A stretch of DNA of 64,000 nt. It comes from Utricularia gibba. Its lineage: Eukaryota > Plantae > Magnoliophyta. Positions 30,491 through 42,615 of this stretch are shown here, one piece after another (position 1 is the stretch's first letter; each line of letters starts with the position of its first letter). The stretch spans positions 558,001 to 622,000 of the forward strand of contig CM007989.1 of assembly GCA_002189035.1 (NCBI GenBank), read 5' to 3'. Below the pieces are notes generated by a model. It had not been told where the DNA came from and made no database searches. It was given only the letters and a program-made list of their open reading frames with translations. Made by a program: the position numbers and the translations under genes.

Positions 30491-30893
30491 CTCTACAACA
30501 ACAAACAACACCTACGTACAAGGAAAAACAGGGCCAAGACGAAGCGACGATTGCTTGCCAAGGCGGACAGCGGCGGCCGTCACTTTAACCTGAAGATTCA
30601 GATTTAACAAAATGCAACCGCAGACGGGGAGAGGCAGAACCCTAGATCCCTGCCTTCCGCATCACTGTATACATATATATACACAGAGAGAGAGAGAAAA
30701 AAAAAAGAAGCCCATAATACCGGCCCAACAAACAAGTATGTGAGTTGAGCATCACTGTATGTTACAGCAATCTGATTTCCGAGAGGGCCTTTCTCTTCAT
30801 CACCTTTCCCCTGCTTTGCTCTACCGCGGCTGATTCCGGAGGCGGCGCCGGTGTTCGCCTGCCATCAACCACCATCCTTGAAGATCAACGGCC
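30491..30893. promoter_or_regulatory. Divergent promoter RPP0/WIYLD gene with telo-box-like and site II motifs
   Basis: gaaccctag (~30637), agccca and ggccca (~30709-30727), TA/GA microsatellite; established for ribosomal protein promoters. Confidence 0.55.
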
Positions 30894-31579
30894 ATGCCTC
30901 CGCGAACAGAGGTTTCTCCGATTGATCATCAGAGAAGAAATACCACCATTTGCCTCCCTCTCTGGGTTAAAATACTCGTTTTTTGTTTCTTGTAAACTAA
31001 TGTTAACAGGTGGGTTTAAGTAGAAAGCACGCGGCGTTGGATGCGATGCGCCCCATGGGATTCCCCAACTCCGTCGTGCGGAAATGTCTGAATGATCTCC
31101 TCAAGGTTTCAGAATCTCCCGAGTCATCATCGTCGCCTTCCTTCCGAATCTGAAAGATCGGATTTTGCTTCCAGGTTTACGGGAAAACCGGCTGGGCTTT
31201 CATCGAAGCGGATGCCTACAAGGTGCTTATCGAGACCATTCTCGAAGAACTTGAGAAGCCTCCTCCTGAAGATGATCAAAAGCAGCCTTTGGCGATAGAA
31301 GCTGGTGAAGATGATAAACAACCCATTCTTCTCCTGGAGGTAAAAATAGTTGCAGACACTTTATTATCGCTGGTTCTTCTGCGAGGTGGGAGAATGAAAA
31401 GAGTGATTTTTCAGGCGCCCAAGTCGGTGGAAGAGACTGGGGCCGGTAAAAGAAAACCATGCCATGGGTGGATTGGGGCTGAGGATGATGATGATTTTGT
31501 GTACTTGGAACCACTTGATCCGCATGGCTTCGATTACCCTTGCGCTTCAGGCGAGGTTCACTCCAACAATACTCAATGA
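30894..31579 (+). CDS. Small WIYLD (ubiquitin-binding, SUVR-type) domain protein, ~4 exons
   Basis: Spliced MPPRTE|VGLSRKHAALDAMRPMGFPNSVVRKCLNDLLK|VYGKTGWAFIEADAYKVLIETILEE...|...RKPCHGWIG; the 3' end is uncertain. Confidence 0.8.
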
Positions 31580-31882
31580 AGAGTTGTTAAGATCTCAACC
31601 TGATACAGAGTTTTTCTTTGATGCTTACAGAGGTTCCGGAGTCACAAAGCTCTCAGATGCCTGATGAGCCAGGACGCCAGCGCAGCAAAAGAATCGCGAA
31701 ACCTCCTCCTTGGTTGCCATTCTGACTCCAATCCAGGGATTCGCTGGAACCTAGACATTGTGGACGAGGAGAGATTTTACAGCAACGGATGATTGAAGCT
31801 GAAGGTACGGATTCAGGTATTGCAGCCTATTGATTGTGTAGTTTAGAGCTTGGATGCTGACAGAACTTACTTAGATTTCTGG

Positions 31883-32311
31883 TTAAGATCGGTTGGTATC
31901 GTAATCGAGAATTTCTTTATGAGCCACCGATCTGGAGTGCTGGACGATGGATCTACCGATGGCGTTGATCCAGTCTTCCTTCTCCTTCTCCGAATCGGCG
32001 ATGAAGTACATCGGCTCCTCGCCGGTTGAGATCTCGAACGCGAATTCTCGATTCAGCACATCCTCCGCGCCTTTCACGGTGACGCAATTCGCCGCTAGGA
32101 TAACGCCGCGAGGCTTCGAATCGGGCGTTACGTTTGATTCCTTGAACCAGAACAGTCTCCCTCGCTTCAGAACGAACCACCGGCGACGCCAGGTCTTGAT
32201 GTACTCCCCTTGCTTCATTAGCCACCCTGCGCGCTCCGGTGCGCTCCAGAACTCCACTCCGCCGTAATCCTCCTCGCCGGATCCCATCGTGGCTCGCCAT
32301 AGACTCAACAT
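31883..32311 (-). CDS. PH1: Pleckstrin-homology domain protein (AtPH1-like), single exon
   Basis: MLSLWRA..EDYGGVEFWSAPERAGWLMKQGEYIKTWRRRWFVLK...FIADSEKEKEDWINAIGRSIVQHS. Confidence 0.93.
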   Translation of the reverse strand: MLSLWRATMGSGEEDYGGVEFWSAPERAGWLMKQGEYIKTWRRRWFVLKRGRLFWFKESNVTPDSKPRGVILAANCVTVKGAEDVLNREFAFEISTGEEPMYFIADSEKEKEDWINAIGRSIVQHSRSVAHKEILDYDTNRS

Positions 32312-32851
32312 CGATCCGTGGTCGGTCGCAGCTGAAGGAACGATGATCGAATTTTCCTAGAATCTTATCATCCACGTTCGGCGAATCAATCAATACTCGT
32401 GCATCTGCACCACAAGGGTCACGCTTTCCGGTCTCTTCCTCGAAGCCACGAATGGGCCGGGCTGGTGCTCGAATAAGCGTAAACCCAACCCCGACCCATC
32501 TCCATGTTTGAGCGGATTTGCACCAGGGGATTCTTTCCCTTTTCTTTCCTCCATTGATCAGTGAACATCCATTTCCGAAGCTACTACTAAGTACACAAGG
32601 TTAACAAACAAACAAAGAAAAGGTTAACCCTTGGAATACTCTGTGCTGTCCCTCTTTGTCGCATTCTACTCACAACTGCATTGCAGGTTTTCAGGTAGTA
32701 TCCTTCCCTGAAACCGGTGACCTCCCTGCACACCTTCGGCCTTTCTGAAAGTTTCTCCAGTTTGCAGTCAGTGACTCAAGATAGCATGCTCTGATGATTG
32801 CAGGAGTTCACCTACGTGAACCAGCTTTCACTTGGAGGCATGATGTTGATC

Positions 32852-35800
32852 TTAATCACAGCTTTCCCTGGTTTTCAAGGTAGATTCGATGAGCTTGACC
32901 TTTTTGCTGTTCTCACTATTTAAAAGAGAGAGCTTTTCGAGTGAAGATTTAAGCTGACGCATCTCATCCTCCGCCCGACTTCTTGCCGGGGATTGCAGCT
33001 GTGGGGTTTTTGATTTTCCCTGAGGAGAATGCTGGTGTTTCTTCAATCTTGCGTTCAGAGCCTCGATGGCTGAGTGCAAGGCACCCAACTCCATCCCGGT
33101 TAATCGATCTGCAGATAGATGCAACCCTTTGTGAAATGACTAGCCAAACCAGAATGCAAAAAGGTGCCTAGACAAACAATTACCGAGCTCGGATTTGAAA
33201 TCTCTCTCTGCTTTTGAAAGAGGTTTCTTGTGTAATCCAGGTACGTTCCTCAGCTTCATTAAGCGCTCTTCAAGAGCAGTGTGCCGCTTCAGGGCTTCAT
33301 CTATTCTATCTTCAATCTGTACATGTTTCTCTTCAACATCCAACAGCTTCTGCTGAATTGCTCGCATGCGAGATGCCTGATTCTCAACCATCTTCTTCAC
33401 CTGAGGCCCATGATGCTGGAGTTCAAAGTATACCTACAAGTGAAACAAATCATGCTATGCAGTCAGCACTTGAGTTACCTGAAGATACTAATTGACCATT
33501 ATCCATGGAGTTCAATCATCTTCTTCAGCCATACCTTGTATGCATAATCCACATAATTTTCATGGAGGAGTGTGAAGAACTGATTGAGCATAGACCTTCC
33601 TTCAATGGAGTCAGAACTTACGTTGCGTGAACTTGCTGCAGAGGCAGGCAAAAGAAGTGGCTTTGGCCCGACAAGGAGCTCTTTACTGATTATGGTGTAA
33701 GGAGTCTCCGTATCACCCATTTTCTCCCCATCTGAAAAGAGAGTTTCCCTCAGCTTATGAATATCAGAACGCAATACGCTCTCCATCTGTAATACCAGGC
33801 ACTCATTTGCAGATGTGATTCCCACAATCCAAGAATTCCCAAACGGGTCCAACAGAGGAAGACAACCACGAAGAGGGGATGGTACTGAAGCATCCCCAGT
33901 TCCGGTAGTAACAACAGGGAGAACTGATGGAGGCTTCATCCGCTCATTTTTCCTGCTTGTAATGCTGGTGAATGGGAGGAAATGCAAGATAATGGAATCT
34001 ATTCCCCCAGCATGAACACAAAGTACACGTTTAGGGTCAAGAGGATCTGCCATCATGACCAGGTTGGATGTAGGCTTCTTGGGCAGAGCTAAATCGACAA
34101 CAGCCAGCCTTAGCAATGGAGGGGGATGGCCCAACCAAGCAGCAGAGTCCTCAAGCTTCATCAATGGCTTCTCTTGTGGATAACAAGGCTCACAAATTGT
34201 AGCAGCACGGAGGATTTGATCTGTTGAGCTGAAGGAGGTTCTTGGTGCAGAACCAGAATTCCACACCGGGTGAACTTCATCAGCTAAAGCATCAATTTGC
34301 AATTGACCACCACCCCAAGCAGTAACAAGGATTGAGTCTTTTCCAACCAAATTGTAAAGGAAACTGACGGCATGACCCTCGAATACTGCCTTCTTGTCTC
34401 CATTGGTTTTCTTCATATCATGGCGTATATTAGACAAAGGTCCCTGTGATTGAGGATATTCACACTCTAAATAAGCAAACTTAATTACATGGTTGGAAGA
34501 AAATCACACCACATGCTTCAGAAGAGAACTAGTGCAGCACCTGCAACACTACTGATGATTCCGACAAAACAAAAGGCCGAGCCTTCACAGCCTTTGGTTT
34601 TCCAGTATCTCTAGGTTGTTGAACTAAATCTGGGAATGTAGCCTCCAGCCAAGATAATGCAGCTCGAGCATTCTTAACCGCTTTTGGATCAGAAGATTTC
34701 AGTCCAGTGGCTTGCGTGTCATGGTACAATTCCAAAATTGATTCCCACGTATATACACTGGGAAAACAAAGTATTTCAGAGTCAAACGAAACAAGATCAT
34801 CAAGAACAGCAGCAGCAACAGAAATTCTGAGTTCCAAAAATAGTGAAAGATAATCATGGGAAAAATACCTTCCAAAAGGAGCTACAGCACAAATTACGAA
34901 GCAAGATCCATCACTAAACAATATAAACACCTGAAAATTTAGAAGGGTCTCACATTATCATGTGTATAATAAGGGATGGTGATATGAACCAGGAATGAGG
35001 TTTCAGCTATCATCAATAAATGTCACATATCAGAAGCACCAGATCCGCATAAACTCCACAGCATAAGATTGATTATCTTTTGCAAGTTAAGCAAGATGGA
35101 CTATGTCTTACACTAAATCTATCCCACATGTGGTCTCCACCAAAGGAAAAATCAACTGGACATATGGCTGCTGCATGTGAAGATTTTCCCCCTTCTATAG
35201 GTTGCAGATAAAATTCTTGCTCTGGTTTCCCGAAGTCATTGGACAGATCAAAAATTCTGCAGAAAAACTTCCAGGGTCATTGGAGCTCTTTTGGCTTGGA
35301 AACTCACAGAATTAGGATCGTACAATAGACTTATTTCCAAAGAAAAGCATGCTATCACATCTAATTAGAGGTGCCAGCCATAACAAACAGCTTTTCCAAG
35401 GATATTTGCATTAAAATGAAATCTAGCGTAACAATGATCAGCGTTGATGCAATAGCAATCAAGCGAGCTAGAAGAATATAAGAGAAATGGATCTCGACAA
35501 ACAAATTATCCATTTCAGATATCAATGTAGCCAAGAAAAATGATGAGACAGGAAAAAAACTCACCTAAACACAGAATCAGATGACAGAATTCCCACGTGC
35601 ATGTTACTGTAAGGGTGCCAAGAAACCTGGAGTACTCTTAGTGAACTATTTCCGTTGAAATAGATCTCCGAACCAACTGACGAAGTACTGAAAAAGAAGT
35701 AAGGGTTAAGACAAAAAATTGTGAATGCTTATTTTAGAAAAAAAATGCTTTGATTTTTCCAAATGGAAGAAAACTATTTATACAAACAAAAGGTCCAGGA

Positions 35801-36636
35801 GTACTTAAGTGCACGGAAATATGTGAGCAAACACAAGATAAGGGTTTACCGACATATGATGGTATTTTCTTGCATTGAAGTGCGCCCATGGAGGTACATA
35901 AGCTGTACTCCCTTCACACCAACAAGCAACAAAACAGATCCATCTCTGTTTATGGAGATCTTATTGACCTCAAAATTCAATGGAACATCTGGTCGTAGTA
36001 ACTGTAACAAAAGATCACCCGTAAGCATAGAGGCCAATTCTCGGAGTTTACGCCCCTTCGGATCTATTAAAATAAAAGGACTGCTCGATTGTTGAGCCGG
36101 GTACCACCAAGTCAGGATACCACAACCCCAAAAAAAGGCACATAATCATTCAAAGTTTCACCTCAAGATCTTAAATTCAATGTCAAAAATTTATTTTTTA
36201 GTCCAGAATCGAGAGCGTGAGGTCAAGACACCGATCCCCATTCAAAATAAAACTAAAGCAAGTTCACAATAGCAGAAGTCGTGCGTTGAAAAAGCTCTCA
36301 CAAGTCTCCCGGAAGTGAGTTTTCACTCAGAGAACAACAAACCTTAGATGGCGAAGCAGCGATGACAGAAGAAGGGTCGGGCTCTCCTAGCCGAACCGAG
36401 ATCCGGTGTACGCACTCATCTTCATCATCCCAGATATAAACACGCGACGAAGCTTCATCCCAGGCAATGAGATTGGAAAGCGTTTCCTCCCCCGAGTCGG
36501 TAGCCTTTCCTGAAGAGAAAAGCGGGTGATTCTGCAGTGGAACCCACACCACCTCCCCTTTGGAAACTGAACTCGACGCCGTAGTCGCGGGAGCTCGCCG
36601 GCTCCCTGTTTCAGCAACATCCAAAGCAAACCTCAT
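32852..36636 (-). CDS. NUP88: Nuclear pore complex protein NUP88 (MOS7-like), multi-exon
   Basis: GEVVWVPLQNHPLF, LRVLQVSWHP, DFSFGGDHMWDRFS, VFILFSDG, LAVVDLALP, LHENYVDYAYKV, coiled-coil C-terminus. Confidence 0.9.
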
Positions 36637-37000
36637 TTTTCCGACCTACCTTCGAATCCCACCCCCACCCCCGCACCACGCCAAGTCCCAAGGGCTGTGA
36701 ATGGAATTGCCGCTCTCCAGATTTCCTTTTTTTCTGCTTTTTTTAAGAATATTGAATTAAATTATATAATATATTTGAAGAAAAATACCAAATAAAATTT
36801 TTATTCATATAACAAATAATATACACATTTTTAATAAATCATCCATAACAAGCACAGGGTAGAGAAATGGGGGGAGCCAGCTTCTGAAGCCATTGTACAG
36901 AGATCCTTGAGTTCGGCCTCAGCAGCAAATTGAGAATCCTTGTTGCTGAAAGAATATTAACCTACAAGTCTTGGTTTGCATTGCACCGCCGGCAACCGCA

Positions 37001-38605
37001 TCATCCGAACTGATTCGCCGGAATTCCATGCTTTTCGAACCATTCCGGCATACAGAACTTCTCATACAGAAAGGGGCGTACATCTTTCTGCAAGGACAAG
37101 TGCTTCAGCAATGGGAGGATCACTTCCATTAGCTTTGAAGCAGATATAAAAATGTCATCACGCTTTAACAATGGTGTAAAGGCAGCATTTTGTCAATGGG
37201 GTTGTATTGTATGCATCATACCTGCTCGTCTCGAGGTTGACAAGCTGAGAAGGGGACACAGGGGATTCCATTCAATGGTTGCAGCAAGAAACTAAAGGGG
37301 TTGTTGTCTACAATGACCACCCTGCACAGATCCTTTGACAAACAAGATAGGTCCTTTACATGGTCACGATACTGCCTGCAATTCACCGAGAAATCCCGAT
37401 TCATTCGAAAAAAATGCATATGAAGATGATGAACACAGGATGTAACAGAAGAAGATCACTGCTTCCAAATGAAATGGCCATACTGAATCAGTGAACTTAC
37501 GTGCTGACAGTTGAAGGCCGGTAGAGTCGACGACCGAACACTTTGTTCACATCTATTCTGTCTACAAGTGGTCTTGCATAACCTGTGGGGGGATGAAGAA
37601 GAGCAGAGAGCTAAGCGAAGTATTACAGAAACATATGTATGCCTGAGCTTTAAAATCAACATAACAGAAGCTGACTGGGGAGAGGAGTGACCTTCTAGGC
37701 CAGCAGTAAACAATACTACATCTGCAAATTCACTGAGTTGCTTCAGAAAATCCTTCAATCCCGGCCTCTCAAAAACAGTTACATAGTTGACCTTAGGTTT
37801 CCCTTCATTCTCCTTCAATTACCATCAAATATTACTGATACTTACTAACAGCCTACTCATACATGTCCAGCAGAAACTAGCTACTCACCTTGTCTGGAGA
37901 GTAGCACTCTAGTTCAAACCAGTTAATCCCTGCTTCTGTAGCTTGGCAACGTATATTAACCGGCAAACTGGAAGATTCATATGCACATACAAGAGTTTCA
38001 TCCAAATCAAGAACCACCTGCAGGTTGTAACTAGACGTGATTACAAGGCAATCTGAATCAGGGGGAGCGAGCAATCATCACTGAAATCGTCCTCCCTCAT
38101 CAGTCACAGGTTTCTACATCAACGTGAAGTTTTTAGAGGGATTCTAGTGTTTGTATCATGCAAAACCTTCCACAAAAGCCGTAGAAAGTGATTTCAGGGC
38201 ACAACCCTTGAAGCAGTTTCATAGAATTAGTAATTGTTTGTATCAGATTCCCAATCTATGTCTCTTTAATGCCGAAATAATTACCATTAGCTTCTCCATT
38301 GGAGCGCCATCACCGCTTCCGGGCTCAGCATCCGCTACTGAAACCGAGGACGAACGCGGCGTCTCCTGCGTCCCTGTTTCCCCTATTTCCTGCATCTCAA
38401 CAACCGGGACAGGCTTGAACTGGAACTGCGGCGTCCCTGGGGCGGAAAACGAGTCCTGACGCCGGCCGACGTACGATACCACCTGCGCGAACGACGGCGC
38501 GCTGCCAAGGATCTGCGCGAAGATCTGGAAAAGAAACCCCACCCAGTCCACCATCACCCTCCAGACCTGTATCGTCCGCGGCGCGTAGACTTCATTCGCC
38601 GCCAT
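37001..38605 (-). CDS. CTD small phosphatase-like (SCP/NIF, HAD superfamily), multi-exon
   Basis: VVLDLDET (DxDxT), VFERPGL, YRDHVKDLS, VIVDNNPFSF, ends MPEWFEKHGIPANQFG*. Confidence 0.92.
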
Positions 38606-39250
38606 CTCCGGACCTCGAGAGAAAGCAGAAATAATCCAAAAATTGAACTCCGATTGAACAGCTCCGCCACCGGAGTACGAGAGTCTAGTCGGAAACTTCC
38701 CCGGGCATAAAGAGAATATTTATTCAGCGGAGGTAAAGACACGCGTGCTGTTCACGCTCCAATGGCGGCTGGGATTAGCGGATTAGCCATGTGTAATTAA
38801 ACAGGGAACCCCAAAATTCCCAGAAATTAGTTGGGAATTTTCCGATTAAAATCTTTTGAAATACATATTCGAAAATAAAACTCACGTAATTTTCATGGGC
38901 GATAATTAGAAATGGCACCGAATCTATTCACTAACTTCCAATCACAAATCGGACAAAAAAGAAAGAATATTTTAAATCATTTTTTTTTCCTGCACGCTGC
39001 ACTTCCACATCCACTCCTTTAATTCATTCAATGCATCGGGCGCCCGAAAATCCAAAAATTGAATATAATCAAATCTAATTCCATTTTTCGATTTTCAATT
39101 TCAATATTCACCTTAGAATATATGGGTTGATTAAATCCGATATTTATCAGTTTGATTTTCAGCTTATTTTTTTAAATCAATTATTTTAATATATATTTTT
39201 TAGAATATATTTAGAGTTCGATATTTTAGATTTATGATAAAAACTAAATC

Positions 39251-39475
39251 AGTGTTTGGCAATAAAAAGTTTCAATTTACTTGAGTTTAAAAAAGTTGAC
39301 GTGGAAAGATTGATTTTTAGATAGTATTTAATTAGTGGGATTAAAATTAAATAAAAAATAAATGCATTTATATATAGAACGTATATAATAACTAGTTTAT
39401 TTAAATTCAGGAATCAAAAATCATATGCTTTATAATTCTACATTTAAATCTATTTAATTTATTCAGCCAAACACT
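39251..39475. mobile_element. Putative non-autonomous MITE (Tourist/PIF-like termini), 225 bp
   Basis: Perfect 10-bp terminal inverted repeats agtgtttggc/gccaaacact, both flanked by ATC (39248-50, 39476-78); AT-rich non-coding interior. Confidence 0.5.
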
Positions 39476-40486
39476 ATCAAAAAAATAACTTCCGAATTCC
39501 GTTTACTACTGCTACTTTAATAAATCCATTTTTAACTCGGAGCATTCCGTACATGTTATTATCTTTTTGGATGGGAAGCATGGCCCGAACACATCGGTGC
39601 TTTGTGTGCCCTAATTTGATGCGATGGAAGGGCAATGGGCGACTGGTCCCCCAAGGAGAAGAAACATTGGATAGCAAGCAGCAGGGGCGGGGGTGGACCA
39701 AGCCCCAAGGTGAAGAGTGAAACACGCAATGCCCTGATTCGAGGAAAGCGACTCGCTCGCTCCATTTCAAGAACCGACGAGGATCCGATCCGCATCCAGA
39801 CCCGTCTGCCTTCAAGTCCCCAGGTGGTGGGTGGTTGGGTCGTCTCGGCTCGGCCTCTTCGCGCCTTTTCGATTCCACAGAGGCCGTCTTTTCTTCGATT
39901 CAACGCAGCATTTTGGCAGTTGCAGGTGCAGGGCTCATGTTCCGGGTCGCGATTGAGAAGTGTGACCTTTGAAATTTGTTTATTTAGCTCGGGGGGAAAA
40001 TGTGGCCCCCACGCTCCACGTGCATGCGAACGTGGTGGGTTGATCCGGTGGGACCCACGTTCAAAATTATACCCACATGGGATTTGCCCCTTTTTTTTCT
40101 AGGGTATTTACACTCTCGTTCGTTTAAAATCCATTTGGGTAAGATTTATGTTTAAAAAATATTAAAATTTTAGAATTATTTATTATTTTTTAGAAGATGA
40201 AATATTCCAATATTTAAATTTTGTTTAACATTATTTATCAAAAAATGATTTTACAGGGTGAAAAATGAACTGGGGTGGATGCGGCTCCGCCTGAGAAACC
40301 GCCATCTTCTGTTGGGGAGCAAAATGTACTCCTTAAGATAAACTGTTGCGCCATCTCACTAACGAAGATGACCAATACAATAGGCTTTAACTTTAGTAGT
40401 CGTCTTGTTTCGATCTAATGTCTGTAACGAAACAAATGGGTGATCCTGAAGTGCACCCAGCTCTGCGGTTTACTGGAGATGCCCAA

Positions 40487-42127
40487 TCACGAGTTGCGGT
40501 GATTCGGATCCGTCTGGTAGTAGACGATATCTCCGGTGGCAGAGACGAAGTGATCCCTGTTCAGGCTCTTGGCAATAGTTTTCAAAAGGTGAAAAGGAAT
40601 GGGATATGACTTCTTGGGTTCTCTGTAGTATTTCCCTAGAATCGGCTTCGCTGCTTCCGTCTGCAATTCACCCATAGCTCAGGCCAACCTAGTTTAGAAA
40701 CAGAAACAGAAAAAAAACTCACTGCTTGTTTCAGATGATAGTGTGGGATTTGTGGGAAGAGATGATGAATAACATGGGTTCCAATGTCATGGTGGACGTT
40801 GTTTATCCATCCATAGTCCCGATCCACCGTGGTAAGGCTTCCCCTTAGGTAGCTCCATTCCTAAACAACGCATAGATTGCAGTAACTCACGAGTTTCTTT
40901 GTAAAATACTGGATTTGCTCACCAACCTTGCCACGGTACCAAGGAAGCTTCTCTTCATCTCCATGGTGATGCAGATAGGTGACTAAGTCAAGCCACATCA
41001 CGAAAACCTGCACCCATATTTTTAAGTAGATGTTTATTATCGGTTTCTCAAGTTCAAAGAACCAAGGAAACCATGGTGGATTACCAGGTAAGGAACACCA
41101 TAGAGCTTGAGTAGTTGGAGAGGGCCTATAACGAACGTGAGCCCTGCCAGTGCCCCTGCCATTGCCGCCCAACAAATGCTTGATGTCATAACTTGTTTCT
41201 CTCATTTGGGGAACAAATCGCTGTCTGGATCAAAGTGTGAGCCGCTTTTCCCCGGGCTTCTGTTGACCTGAGGCGAGATGAGGGATGGAGACTAGGTAGA
41301 AAGGTTCCATGCAGGAGGTGTGTGCTCATAGCTTTGCTTAAGCGAGATGCTTACCAGATAAAAGGGATATGCCAGTAAAGGGAAGGGCAATGTGAACCTG
41401 AGTTTCTTAGTGCTATCACTTAAATTCTTGTACTCGTTCTCATTCAACTGCAAGTGATCCCATAGAAAACAACCGATCAAAATCAATCTTTTGCTGCTAG
41501 AAATTAAGGCCTCACCGGATGCCAGGATTCGTCGTTCTCGACGTCCATGATTGTGATGGTGATGCCTGTGGCTAATCCTCCTAGATGAGCACTCAATGTA
41601 ACAGTAGAGTGATTGAAAGAAAACCAAGAACATCATCACTTGATCCAAATACAGAAACATGCATACCAGCCATTGTAAGGCACCAGAATCGAAGAATGAA
41701 GCAAATGTCCCACGAAACTATTCAACGTGGGATTATCTGAAAAACTTCCATGGCCACTGAAAACGGAGGAGACCAATGAATAAAAATACAAATTCGAATT
41801 TCGAAAAGAACAGTCGCACCAGTCATGGCCGAGGACAAACATTGCCCAGAACATTGTCCCCTGCGCAAGCCAATACAGAGGCCAAAAGAGCCAGCTATCG
41901 AAATACCCCGCCGCGACCGCCAACCCAACGACCACGGCAACATCCCTCGCCACGTAACTCATCGATCGCCATGTTTCCTTCACCCAACACTCCTTCGGAA
42001 TCGCCGCCCTGATATCCGACATCTTGAACGACGGCGCTGCCCCGAGATCGAAAGCATTTTCGCTCTCGTTCGCCTCTCCTCCCATGGCACGCTCAAGTCT
42101 CGACGTTGGGGTGCCACTCTCCTGCAT
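40487..42127 (-). CDS. Omega-3 fatty acid desaturase (FAD3/7/8 family), 8 exons, disrupted as assembled (2-nt loss ~41543; in-frame TGA at 41202-41204)
   Basis: His boxes HDCGH, HRHHH, HVIHH; [29 protein letters not shown]; canonical family intron positions. Confidence 0.9.
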
Positions 42128-42615
42128 TGTTGCAAACTTGTATTTCTTTATTTCGATTAACTTAAATAAAAAAGACAAATTTGATCGTGACTTGATTTTT
42201 GATTTGTGCTTTAAATTTGATAAATGAATTACGATTAAACATTTTTAAATTACGAATTTTTATGATATAAAATAAATTAAATTTCTTTAAAATGAAAAAC
42301 AATGAATAATGACCTAATTCTAATTCAATCATGATTCAATTATATTTCAACCATAATTTAATATTTTATATATAATTATATTTTTTATTCAATCATAATT
42401 TAAACATTCGTATAAGTAATTTATACAAAATTCAATCTTATGATACAAAAATACATATAAAAATAATATGAAAATGACGTTGGAAAAGCAGCATTTTGGT
42501 TTGGATCCACCTTTACAAATGAAACGCTTCTTGGGTATATATACTGTCTGAGGGGCACACAGACAAGATTCTTGAACTCAATCCCTCGCACTTGCAGCAA
42601 TGGATGGTTGGCTGG

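Noticed and set aside
35398-35405. U12-type 5' splice-site-like ATATCCTT on the minus strand in NUP88
   Set aside because: It is internal to a normal GT-AG intron (~35259-35564) whose flanking exons join in frame.
39915-39935. Partial resemblance to a miR530 complement (gttgcaggtgcagg)
   Set aside because: Only ~12 nt match and no fold-back precursor is visible.
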